A stretch of 59,784 bases of DNA, taken from a virus. Taxonomy: Duplodnaviria; Caudoviricetes. Every line of letters begins with the position of its first letter. Within the stretch, counting starts at the first letter, position 1. Below are positions 41,285-50,196 of this stretch, piece after piece. The position numbers and the translations under genes are program-made. The DNA is taken from the IMG/VR virus record IMGVR_UViG_3300027741_000069, positions 1 through 59,784 of that record; one strand, given 5' to 3'. The notes under the pieces were generated by a model. The model saw only the letters and a program-made list of their open reading frames with translations, made no database searches and had not been told where the DNA came from.

Positions 41285-41756
41285 CAGACACCGGCTAGTA
41301 CTGGCTTATTTCGAGTACCTATGATAACTGGACCTAGGGTCGCAGGGACGGAAGACTTTCGGCTGTGGAAAGCACTCAACGAGTATCCTTAACAGGACCA
41401 TGATGGGATATGCCTATAAACCCGTTTCGTTGTTAAAGAAATCAAAAGGCTAAAAGAAGGGATAGTATTCCCTACGTTTGTAAGTATGTTAGCGTATATT
41501 TTACAAACTGCCGTCGTATAAAGACGCAACTCGAGGTACCGGACGACCGCCTCTGTAATTGTTGTAACGCTAAGTGATGGTGTGAACTCGGATGAAATCA
41601 CATTGACTTTGCCCTGCCTGGGCAAAGTGTGACAGTTAAATCTGGATGAAGTAATTTCGCTTTAGCGTATTAGTAATTTACTTCAATTTAAAAAAAAGAA
41701 AAAGAAATGATGAGCGGTGTTAACTGCGAGTCATTGGACTTGTGTAGCAAGTCCTT
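41285..41756 (+). ncRNA. Candidate large structured non-coding element (family not recognised)
   Basis: ~480-nt gap between convergent genes in an otherwise densely coding region. Visibly GC-richer than its flanks, with more than 12 stems and two loop-to-downstream pairings. Strand is inferred from G-U-compatible pairs. Confidence 0.65.
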
Positions 41757-41775
41757 AATAAGTTTAAAAAACTTT

Positions 41776-41994
41776 TTAGAAAAATGGAATACCGGATTTT
41801 TTTGTGACATCTAAATTTTCTTTGATTAGCTTTTCAATGATCTTGCGTTCCTCAGTACTCAACATCATAGCGTCATCATAGCTAATTCCGCCACGCATAT
41901 ACCAACTAATCCTAATAGTTTCATCTTTTAAGGCTTTTGACTCTTTTTCCTGGTCCTTAATAAGACCAACAATCTGCTCATCAGTCAGGGTCAA
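41776..41994 (-). CDS. gp51-like tail/baseplate assembly chaperone segment, probably expressed as a -1 frameshift extension of the upstream gene
   Basis: WYMRGGISYDDAMMLS.EER motif. Only a TTG start with no SD, and the frame is open back through the TTTTTTC site of the upstream ORF. Confidence 0.65.
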   Translation of the reverse strand: MTLTDEQIVGLIKDQEKESKALKDETIRISWYMRGGISYDDAMMLSTEERKIIEKLIKENLDVTKKSGIPFF

Positions 41995-41999
41995 AAGCC

Positions 42000-42848
42000 T
42001 TAAACGAAAAAATTTGCATAATCAAATTCGATATTGACTTCATATGATTTAAGACATTCACCATTGCCACAATTGACACCTATTGGTTTAATACGTGCAG
42101 TTTCTACATATTCTAAAAGTCGATCTTGAATACTTTTTATCATGGATGATTCTGAATTATTAAAAAATTCTCTAATATAGTCTCTATCTGATATTCTTTC
42201 TCCGTCGTCAAGTTCAATATATTCGACACTCTCTACCAAAGAAGTGATGCCTAACTCAACAAGTCTATTCATCCCATCAGTTACCATTTTTAATTTAACA
42301 TCAGGGTCAATGTCATCACCCATTGACAGGGCGTTATTAATTTTTTGTTCTTCAAAGTTTAATCGATTTGACTGATTTACTGCATAATATTTTTGTGGGT
42401 GCAACTTAATTTTTAATGTTTTATATATAACAGGTTTAGTATAATCTGGACATGTGATAGCTGTTAGTATTGGTTTAAGATCTATATCATAATTATTATC
42501 AAAATTACAATGTGGGCAAACAGTCTCAAAGTGCATATATTCCCCATAACTAGCAATGCGTATTGCTATTAATATAGCGTCAACATCAACACTGGGCATC
42601 TTCCAAGCATCTTTTATATTTGGGACACAGCTTTGTATCACATCAACAACTCCTTGACCGTTTAGCAACGCATCAGGAGTTTTAAGCGTGATTTCGTCTC
42701 GAGTTGTCATTGCATAAATCCCAACTTCTCCAGTTACTGGTAGTTCTAAGCAGTTATCGCCCCACCATTTCCCTTCACTTGGGAGTTTAATATATACTAC
42801 TGGTTGTCGAAAAAACTTGCTTAAGGGGTTTTTTTGTTCGAGAGTCAT
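42000..42848 (-). CDS. gp26: Baseplate hub / tail assembly chaperone, T4 gp26-like
   Basis: YIKLPS.G...AMT.RDEI.L......Q.C.P...D.DAILIAIRIASYGE..CPHC plus a C-terminal CxxxxC; adjacent to the tape-measure gene. Confidence 0.75.
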   Translation of the reverse strand: MTLEQKNPLSKFFRQPVVYIKLPSEGKWWGDNCLELPVTGEVGIYAMTTRDEITLKTPDALLNGQGVVDVIQSCVPNIKDAWKMPSVDVDAILIAIRIASYGEYMHFETVCPHCNFDNNYDIDLKPILTAITCPDYTKPVIYKTLKIKLHPQKYYAVNQSNRLNFEEQKINNALSMGDDIDPDVKLKMVTDGMNRLVELGITSLVESVEYIELDDGERISDRDYIREFFNNSESSMIKSIQDRLLEYVETARIKPIGVNCGNGECLKSYEVNIEFDYANFFV

Positions 42849-42859
42849 GATTTGATTCC

Positions 42860-42889
42860 TATAAATATATGATTGATACAGTATTTATG
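42860..42889. promoter_or_regulatory. Face-to-face pair of late promoters for the divergent tape-measure and gp26 genes
   Basis: TATAAATA on + at 42860-42867 and CATAAATA on - at 42889-42882. Confidence 0.65.
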
Positions 42890-42912
42890 TGGTATCTTCA
42901 TTGGAAAATTTT

Positions 42913-45438
42913 ATGAATGGAAAAAGCACCGAGCAATTATTAGAAGAACTTATTTTACTAATGAGTCAGCAAAAGACTGGCACTTCTGATAAAAATAATA
43001 CAGCATCGAGTGATGCTTATAAAAAATACCTATCGGATTTTAAAAATTTAATTAAAGAAACCAAAAGTCAAACTGATTATCTCAAAAAAGTCAACGAAAC
43101 ATCGCTTAGTTTTTCTAGATCCCTATCGCCTATTCCCAAAACATTAGACAAAGTTGATGAGAATCTTAACGCCTTAGATAGAGCTATAAAAAATGAAACT
43201 GATGAAAGAAAAAAACAAGTATTAGAAGGTAATAGGGCTAGATTATTAAGACAAGCAACAGAAGCGGATAGTATAGATGCTGCTAAGAAATTTGGCGATG
43301 GACTCAAAAAAGTAGGTTCGATTGGGGTGACGGCTGTTGGTACCTTTATTAAAGGTTTGCAAAGTGGCCAAAGTGGTATACAATTAGCAAGTGGGTTGCT
43401 CGAAGCGCAATATAGCGCTCAAGGCGAAGCTAGTAGTGCTGCTGGTCAAGCCGCTGGATCATTTGGACAAATACTAGCAATGACTGGCAAAGGACCAGTC
43501 AAATCATTTGGTCTAGCCCTGTCGATCATTGGACCGGCATTGGGATTCTTAGGCGAAGCTGCCAATAAACTAGCTAAGTTTGGTGTGCAAGTATTATCGG
43601 CAGAAGTAGAAAAAACTGTAAATTCTTTTAAAGAAGCAACGTCATCGGGGGCTTTATTTTCTCGAGGTATGGATGACTTGCGCATGTATGCGACTCAGGC
43701 CGGGCTAACAGTAGATCAATATAGTAAGGTAATAAAAAATAATTCCCAACTGTTGGCTGAATCTGGATACACAGTCAGCGGTGCTGCAAAAATTGTTGCT
43801 GGTGTTACAAGCAATTTAGCTACACAAACTGGGAAAAGTGGAAACACTCTACAAAGAGAGTTATTGAATTTGGGGTTTGGGTTCGAAGAACAGGCTGAAC
43901 TGGTGGCTAGAGTAACAGCCAATCTGAAACGTTCTGGCGGAACTGCTACTAATGCACAAGTAGCTCAATCAACTGTTGAAATGGCCAGGAATCTCAGAAT
44001 AGTTGCTGATTTAATGGGTGATGATGCAAAAGCAAGAACAGAAAATGCCAAAAAGGCCTCTGAGGCATATGCTTTTGAAAGAGAGATTCGAGAACGAGCT
44101 AAAAAAACTGGTGATGTTGGGTTAATAGATCGAGTTCGAAAAGCTATGAGCATGATGGACGAGACCCAGCAAAGAGCAGTAATACAAGCCGTATCACTCA
44201 ACGGAGCCGTTACAGACGTAAGTGCTAACTTATTTGGGATGGCTGCTCCAGCTAGAGAATTTGTTGACCAATTAAACAAAGGCAATACTAGTGTTGAGGA
44301 TTTAATGATGGGGTTTGCTAGAGCAAACCAAAACTTTGATAGAAATTCTGGAGATTTGGCTAGAGCAATTAGTATAGGTTCTATTGCAGGCGTCACTGGT
44401 CTCGAAGGCTTGGCAAAATCTGCTGACAGTTTGAACCAAATGCAATTTAAAGTTACTGAAGAAAATTTAAACAGGGCATCAAAAGATTCTAAAACAGCAA
44501 GTGAAGCTAATGGCAAATTTCAAAAATCAACCATTGGTGCAGAAATTGCTGCGCAAAGGTTAAAAATAGCATTACAATTTACATTAACCCGAGCGATTGA
44601 ACAGTTTGCGAAAGTTTCAAAGGCAATGTTGGGCGAAGTTGAAACTATGATTAAACAGTTAGGGCTCAATGGTGACAAGCCTTCGAGAGAAGAAGCCAAT
44701 GGTGGTATAGGATCTGCAGAATCAATTGGAGATCATGTTGTTGGTGCTGGCTTAGGGTTAGCGGCCCTAGGCACCTTGCTGGCGGTAGGTGGCGCTGGGT
44801 TATCTGCTACTGGTATCGGTGCCCCAATTGGCGCTCCGATGATGGCCGCTGGCAGCACAATGGCTTATGGTGGTCTTACTACAATGGGAGTTGGTGCTAG
44901 TATATCTGGGTTTAGCTCGATGATTGACGATAAACTTAGTAGTTATTTTGGGAAGACTCCAGGGTATGAAACTGGTGGGGTGAGTTATGGTGATATTTCT
45001 AGACCACAAGGTATTTTGTCAAGAGTTAGCGAAAAGGGAATAAATGAGGCGCATGTTCCTTTACCAGATGGGAGATCTATACCAGTAAATTTGGGTAAAA
45101 TTAGTTCTGAATCAGGGTCGGAAAATAAAAAAATGGCCTTATCGGGCTTAGATATGCCTGTAAATAGACTGGATTTACTACCACCAGATTTTTCTAAATC
45201 TATCTCAAATTTAATGTCAAGTCTTGAATCAAAACAGGTTAAAGAACAAACGGTTGGAGATCAGTCGAAAATTGAAATGTCAAAATCAGAAGCTTTAAAG
45301 TCTGATCAAACAATTGAACTGTTGAAGGAGCAGCTCGGTTTAATGAAACAATTTATATCAAACTCTGGTGAACATTTGGAAGCATTACGTGATAGTAAAT
45401 ATCTACAACAACAATTGGTTAATAATTCTTACAGTTGA
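42913..45438 (+). CDS. Tail tape-measure protein
   Basis: ~840-aa Ala/Gly/Ser-rich helical protein with hydrophobic Gly-rich stretches and C-terminal SEKG..EAHVPLPDGRSIPV. ATG 42913 is preferred over GTG 42889, which overlaps a promoter motif. Confidence 0.7.
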   Translation: MNGKSTEQLLEELILLMSQQKTGTSDKNNTASSDAYKKYLSDFKNLIKETKSQTDYLKKVNETSLSFSRSLSPIPKTLDKVDENLNALDRAIKNETDERKKQVLEGNRARLLRQATEADSIDAAKKFGDGLKKVGSIGVTAVGTFIKGLQSGQSGIQLASGLLEAQYSAQGEASSAAGQAAGSFGQILAMTGKGPVKSFGLALSIIGPALGFLGEAANKLAKFGVQVLSAEVEKTVNSFKEATSSGALFSRGMDDLRMYATQAGLTVDQYSKVIKNNSQLLAESGYTVSGAAKIVAGVTSNLATQTGKSGNTLQRELLNLGFGFEEQAELVARVTANLKRSGGTATNAQVAQSTVEMARNLRIVADLMGDDAKARTENAKKASEAYAFEREIRERAKKTGDVGLIDRVRKAMSMMDETQQRAVIQAVSLNGAVTDVSANLFGMAAPAREFVDQLNKGNTSVEDLMMGFARANQNFDRNSGDLARAISIGSIAGVTGLEGLAKSADSLNQMQFKVTEENLNRASKDSKTASEANGKFQKSTIGAEIAAQRLKIALQFTLTRAIEQFAKVSKAMLGEVETMIKQLGLNGDKPSREEANGGIGSAESIGDHVVGAGLGLAALGTLLAVGGAGLSATGIGAPIGAPMMAAGSTMAYGGLTTMGVGASISGFSSMIDDKLSSYFGKTPGYETGGVSYGDISRPQGILSRVSEKGINEAHVPLPDGRSIPVNLGKISSESGSENKKMALSGLDMPVNRLDLLPPDFSKSISNLMSSLESKQVKEQTVGDQSKIEMSKSEALKSDQTIELLKEQLGLMKQFISNSGEHLEALRDSKYLQQQLVNNSYS

Positions 45439-45487
45439 AATTTAATTCAAATGGATGTATACTCTAAAATGCGGACTAAATACATAC

Positions 45488-47236
45488 ATGGATTACAAAG
45501 AGACTCTAATAAATTGGCTAAGTTCCAATAAACATTCAGCACTTTCAAGCTGGATAAGAAACAAACATGATATAATTGCTTGGTTAGATGAACAAACAAA
45601 TCAGTTTAAGACTAGGAATCTAATAGAAAAAGTCTATATCACATTGAATGGGCCACAACCAGTCTGCGAGTTTGGAAATCCTAGACAATTTTGGACTTTT
45701 GATAAGGGTTATAAACCAGGATGTATATTAGGCAATAAGTGCAAATGCTTAAAAAAACTCAGACTTGAAAACCAGCGCATAACTCTAATGGAAAAATATG
45801 GGGTGGATGCAGTGAATAAAATTCCAGGAATAGAGGAAAGACGAAAAAAAACTAATATTGAAAAATATGGTGTTGAATATTATTCAAAATCAAATAGTGC
45901 TAAGACCATTGCATCAGAAAAAAGAAAAAATACTACAGATGAAAAGAAGAAATTAACACTTCAAAAAACAAAAGAAACTTTTTTAAAAAAGTATGGCGTT
46001 GAACATCATATGAAATTGGTAGATCAGCAAAACAAAGTAAAAAACACTAATCAAATACGCTATGGTAGTAATACCCCGTTACAAAATAGTCAAATTAAAG
46101 AAAAATTTAAAAAAACTTTGGCAAATAGGACTTCTGAACAATTAGCAATTTCTGAAGTTAAAAAAAGAAATTCAATCCAGGATAATTATGGTGTTTCGTC
46201 CCCAAGCAGAATTGGTCTACCAAATTCAACTTTAAGTATCTTAGACAATACGGATCAATTTATATCTTTTATATCTGGAAAAACTAGAGAGCAAGTATTA
46301 GATGAATTGTCAATTGCAAGTCATACTCTGTATCTATACAGCAAAAAATATCAAGCTACAGAACTGTTTTCTAAACCATTGAGAAGCCAATTTGAAGTTG
46401 AATTATCAGAATTTTTAAAAAGTCATAATGTTGATTTTGATCAAAATAATAGATCGTTGATCACTCCACTCGAATTAGATTTTTATATTCCTGAATTAAG
46501 TTTGGCGATAGAATGTTCGGGATTATATTGGCATAGCGAACTGAGTTCAGGTAGGGATTCTAAATATCATTATAATAAATTTCAAAAATGTAAACAAATA
46601 GGTATTACTCTAATCACTATTTTTGAAGACGACTGGAATTTTAATCGATCTGTTGTGAAATCTAGATTGGAGCATATTTTAGGCGTTAAATCAAAACAAA
46701 AAATTTATGCTAGAAACTGTGCAGTGATGACTGTCGATTACGGGGACATTAAAGATTTTGTTGAAACTCACCATTTGCAAGGAACAATTAAGTCCACTAT
46801 TAATTTAGTTTTAAAGTTTAACGATGAACTTGTTGCAGTTATGACTTTTGGAAAGTCTAGATATAACAAACAATATGAATATGAAATATTGAGATTTTGC
46901 ACAAAAGGATCGGTGGTTGGTGCTGGTGGTAAATTGTTTTCCTATTTTTTAAATACATTTAACCCCGAATCAGTAATTAGTTACAGTGATAACTGTTGGG
47001 GATTGGGTAATATGTATAAGGAATTGAGATTTGAATTAAAGTCTGAAACAATAGGCTATCATTATACTGATTACAAAAAAAGATATAACCGTATTGGTTT
47101 TCAAAAACATAAATTGGTTATGGAAGGTGAAGATGCAAATTTGACAGAATGGCAAATTATGCAAAATAAAGGCTTTGATCGCATTTGGGATTGCGGGCAG
47201 AGTCTTTGGGTACACACAAAAGAAATAGCTAAATAA
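45488..47236 (+). CDS. Free-standing Hef-like homing endonuclease (KYGV repeats, Vsr/DUF559-like nuclease, GNAT-like C-terminal domain)
   Basis: Repeated xKYGVx units, ELDFYIPE..LAIE.SG.YWH...K...C...GI.L..IFED.W, then IYAR.C...H.QG...VMTFG..R...E..RF...SYSD...IWDCG. Start placed at ATG 45488, 5 nt after TAAATA. Confidence 0.75.
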   Translation: MDYKETLINWLSSNKHSALSSWIRNKHDIIAWLDEQTNQFKTRNLIEKVYITLNGPQPVCEFGNPRQFWTFDKGYKPGCILGNKCKCLKKLRLENQRITLMEKYGVDAVNKIPGIEERRKKTNIEKYGVEYYSKSNSAKTIASEKRKNTTDEKKKLTLQKTKETFLKKYGVEHHMKLVDQQNKVKNTNQIRYGSNTPLQNSQIKEKFKKTLANRTSEQLAISEVKKRNSIQDNYGVSSPSRIGLPNSTLSILDNTDQFISFISGKTREQVLDELSIASHTLYLYSKKYQATELFSKPLRSQFEVELSEFLKSHNVDFDQNNRSLITPLELDFYIPELSLAIECSGLYWHSELSSGRDSKYHYNKFQKCKQIGITLITIFEDDWNFNRSVVKSRLEHILGVKSKQKIYARNCAVMTVDYGDIKDFVETHHLQGTIKSTINLVLKFNDELVAVMTFGKSRYNKQYEYEILRFCTKGSVVGAGGKLFSYFLNTFNPESVISYSDNCWGLGNMYKELRFELKSETIGYHYTDYKKRYNRIGFQKHKLVMEGEDANLTEWQIMQNKGFDRIWDCGQSLWVHTKEIAK

Positions 47237-47256
47237 AATTAATCGGGGAACATATC

Positions 47257-48990
47257 TTGTCTTGGAAAAAATACTTTAAAGCAGCAGATACATCAGGAAT
47301 GAGCAGCCCTGTGGGTGGCACTCGTGGCTATACAAGCGATTCTGCTTATAGAAACTATAGAAGTAATTTGCCTGAAATTTATTTAGGACACCCAAATCGC
47401 TTGGAACGATATAATCAATACGAACAGATGGATATGGATCCTGAATTAACATCGGCTTTAGATATCATAGCTGAATTCAGTACACAAACTGATTTGGAAA
47501 GTAATTTGCCATTTAATATCCATTATAAGGAAAAGCCATCAGATAATGAAGTAAAGATTATCAAGGAACAATTACAACAGTGGATTAGTTTGAATGAATT
47601 TAATACTAAAATATTCAAAATTTTTAGAAATACTGTAAAATATGGTGATCAAGTTTTTATTAGAGATCCAGAAACGTTTAAATTATTTTGGGTTGATTCA
47701 AGCAAACTTATAAAAGTTATCGTCAATGAATCAAAAGGGAAAGAACCTGAACAATATGTTATTAAAGAGATACAACCTAATTTTCAAAACTTAACAGTTA
47801 CAGCAATTACTACCACGGACACTTATACCAACAGTCCTCAAATTGGTGGCCCACAAGGTAGTTATGTACAGCCTAGAGCACCTTACAGTGGTGGTAGTAG
47901 ATTCAGTCATGCTCAGAACGAAGCTGTTATTAATGCTGAACATGTCGTACATCTTAGTTTAACTGAGGGGTTGGATCCATTTTGGCCATTTGGACAAAGC
48001 ATATTGGAAAATGTTTTCAAAGTATTCAAACAAAAAGAATTACTTGAGGATGCTGTAATTATATACAGAATTCAACGTGCTCCAGAGCGTAGAGTCTTTA
48101 AGATTGATGTAGGTAATATGCCTCCACATTTAGCAATGGCTTTTGTTGAGCGTATTAAAAATGAAGTAAGCCAACGCAGGATTCCTACACAAACTGGTGG
48201 CGGGGCCAATATGATGGATGCTACCTATAATCCTATGAGCCAACATGAGGACTTTTTCTTTCCAGTAACTGCTGATGGACGTGGCAGTAGTGTTGATGTA
48301 CTTCAAGGTGGTGCAAACGTTGGTGAAATCACTGATCTTCGATATTTTACCAACAAATTGTTTAGAGGATTGCGTATTCCTAGTAGCTATTTGCCTACTA
48401 GTGTTGATGATGGTACACAAAGCTATAATGATGGCAAAGTGGGTACTGCATTGATACAAGAATGGCGTTTCAATCAATATTGTAAGAGATTACAGCGTAT
48501 GATTGTAGAAAAGTTAGATGTTGAGTTCAAAATGTTTATGCGTTGGAGAGGCATTACTATTGATGGACAATTATTTGATTTGACATTCAATGAGCCACAA
48601 AATTTTGCTCAATATAGTCAAGCAGATGTTGATTCTGCAAGGATTGGCACATTTACACAATTAGAGCAGTTTCCATATTTTAGTAAGCGTTTCCTAATGA
48701 AACGTTATTTAGGTATGAGTGAACAAGAAATGAGTGAAAACGAAGTGATGTGGTCAGAAGAGACTGGTGAATCTGCGATCAATGATGCAGATTCTATTAA
48801 CAGTTCTGCAGGGTTGCGTAGTGTTGGTATTACCCCAGGCGGTATAGATAATGATCTGTCGTCACTAAGTATGCCTGAGCCAAGTGCAGAAGATTTAGGT
48901 GATACGGGAATGGCTCCTGGCCCGGGTGGCGTGGCCCCATCTGCCCCAGAATCTATCCCGTCAACTGCTCCAGCGCCGCCAGGCTTATGA
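47257..48990 (+). CDS. gp20: Portal vertex protein, T4 gp20-like
   Basis: LLEDAVIIYRIQRAPERRVFKIDVGNMP, EDFFFP...GRGSSVDVL.GG.N.GEI.D..YF..KL...LRIP; TTG start; TAAATA at 47230. Confidence 0.95.
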   Translation: MSWKKYFKAADTSGMSSPVGGTRGYTSDSAYRNYRSNLPEIYLGHPNRLERYNQYEQMDMDPELTSALDIIAEFSTQTDLESNLPFNIHYKEKPSDNEVKIIKEQLQQWISLNEFNTKIFKIFRNTVKYGDQVFIRDPETFKLFWVDSSKLIKVIVNESKGKEPEQYVIKEIQPNFQNLTVTAITTTDTYTNSPQIGGPQGSYVQPRAPYSGGSRFSHAQNEAVINAEHVVHLSLTEGLDPFWPFGQSILENVFKVFKQKELLEDAVIIYRIQRAPERRVFKIDVGNMPPHLAMAFVERIKNEVSQRRIPTQTGGGANMMDATYNPMSQHEDFFFPVTADGRGSSVDVLQGGANVGEITDLRYFTNKLFRGLRIPSSYLPTSVDDGTQSYNDGKVGTALIQEWRFNQYCKRLQRMIVEKLDVEFKMFMRWRGITIDGQLFDLTFNEPQNFAQYSQADVDSARIGTFTQLEQFPYFSKRFLMKRYLGMSEQEMSENEVMWSEETGESAINDADSINSSAGLRSVGITPGGIDNDLSSLSMPEPSAEDLGDTGMAPGPGGVAPSAPESIPSTAPAPPGL

Positions 48991-49016
48991 TTTTAATTTT
49001 TTGATTAAATAACTGT

Positions 49017-49244
49017 ATGCTATTATTAGAGATTTTTGAACCAATTCCTGATGGGTACAGCACAGATAAAGAAGACAACACTGTGTCAAAACTCAGCGAC
49101 TTGAGAACAACTAGATTAGATCTAGCTCAGTTAAACAAGTTGCGAAAGATGAATGACGTTAGAAATATCGAGCAACAAGAAAAGATAAAAACCATCTCAA
49201 AACAGTATAAACCTCCTGCAGCCGAAGCAGCACCGGGCTTTTAA
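49017..49244 (+). CDS. Small head-module protein (75 aa)
   Basis: Lies between portal and core genes; TAAATA-N5-ATG; M.L.E N-terminus typical of head-protease substrates. Confidence 0.7.
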   Translation: MLLLEIFEPIPDGYSTDKEDNTVSKLSDLRTTRLDLAQLNKLRKMNDVRNIEQQEKIKTISKQYKPPAAEAAPGF

Positions 49245-49335
49245 GCCCAAAAATGCCAAAAAAACACATATAAATGGGTGATTATTTACATTTTGTGTAA
49301 ATAACTTTATATGCCATTATATAGGAGCACTACCA

Positions 49336-50175
49336 ATGAATAAAACTTATGAGCAGCTTATTGAATTTATCATCAATGAGCAAGAAGATAAAGCACGTGA
49401 ACTTTTTCATCAATTAGTTGTTGAAAAAAGTCGTAGCATTTACGAAAGTATCGTAGATGAAGAAGATTTTGAAGATGAAACCGAAATGGGCGGCAACGAA
49501 GTTGACGGCTTAATGGGCGACATCGATAGCGAAATCACTTCTGATGAAGAAGGTTTAGATTCCGACGACATGAGCGGCATGGATGACTTTGGTGACGAAG
49601 AAGACATGGGCGATGAAGAATCAGAAGAAGGTTTGGAAGATCGCGTTATGGATTTAGAAACAGCTTTGGATGATCTAAAAGCTGAATTTGAACAGTTAAT
49701 GGCTGGCGAGCAAGAAGAGCCAGAACACGATGACATGGGCGATATGGATGACATGGACAGTGAAGAGGATCCAGAAGAAACTGACGAAACAATGGTTCGT
49801 GAGTATACTGAAAAAGTCTCAGCCCCAAGCAACAAGACCGAAGGCGGTACAGTTGGTACAGGCGGCGACGCTCCAACAGTAAACAAACAAAGTATTGTTG
49901 CTAAAAAGAACGACATGGGTGGCACAGCTAGCAATATTGCTAAAGGTGGTGCAGAACAAAACCCAGATGGCAAGCCAACTCCAAAGGCTAGCAATATGTA
50001 TACCAAAGGCCAAGGCGAAGTTGAAGTTGCTAGCCGTAACGTAAACAAACCAGGTGGCAATGGTGCTAACAAGTTTTTTAGCAAAAAAGAATCTGCAAGC
50101 AGCAAAGAAGGTCAAACTACTAGCGGTAAATTGCCAGTAGCTGACAAGAGTGTAGTTGGCGGTAAAGTTCGTTAA
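49336..50175 (+). CDS. Acidic prohead core/internal protein
   Basis: AGGAG SD, very Asp/Glu-rich N-terminal half, and position between portal and protease like T4 gp67/gp68. Confidence 0.65.
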   Translation: MNKTYEQLIEFIINEQEDKARELFHQLVVEKSRSIYESIVDEEDFEDETEMGGNEVDGLMGDIDSEITSDEEGLDSDDMSGMDDFGDEEDMGDEESEEGLEDRVMDLETALDDLKAEFEQLMAGEQEEPEHDDMGDMDDMDSEEDPEETDETMVREYTEKVSAPSNKTEGGTVGTGGDAPTVNKQSIVAKKNDMGGTASNIAKGGAEQNPDGKPTPKASNMYTKGQGEVEVASRNVNKPGGNGANKFFSKKESASSKEGQTTSGKLPVADKSVVGGKVR

Positions 50176-50196
50176 TTTAACAAACTAATAAAAATA

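Noticed and set aside
41389-41625. 78-aa minus-strand ORF inside the structured element
   Set aside because: No SD or promoter, atypical composition, and the dense base-pairing explains the region better.
41585-41715. GGATGAA and ATGATGA as a hammerhead core or C/D box
   Set aside because: The CTGATGA...GAAA core with three flanking stems, and a partner CTGA box, are not present.
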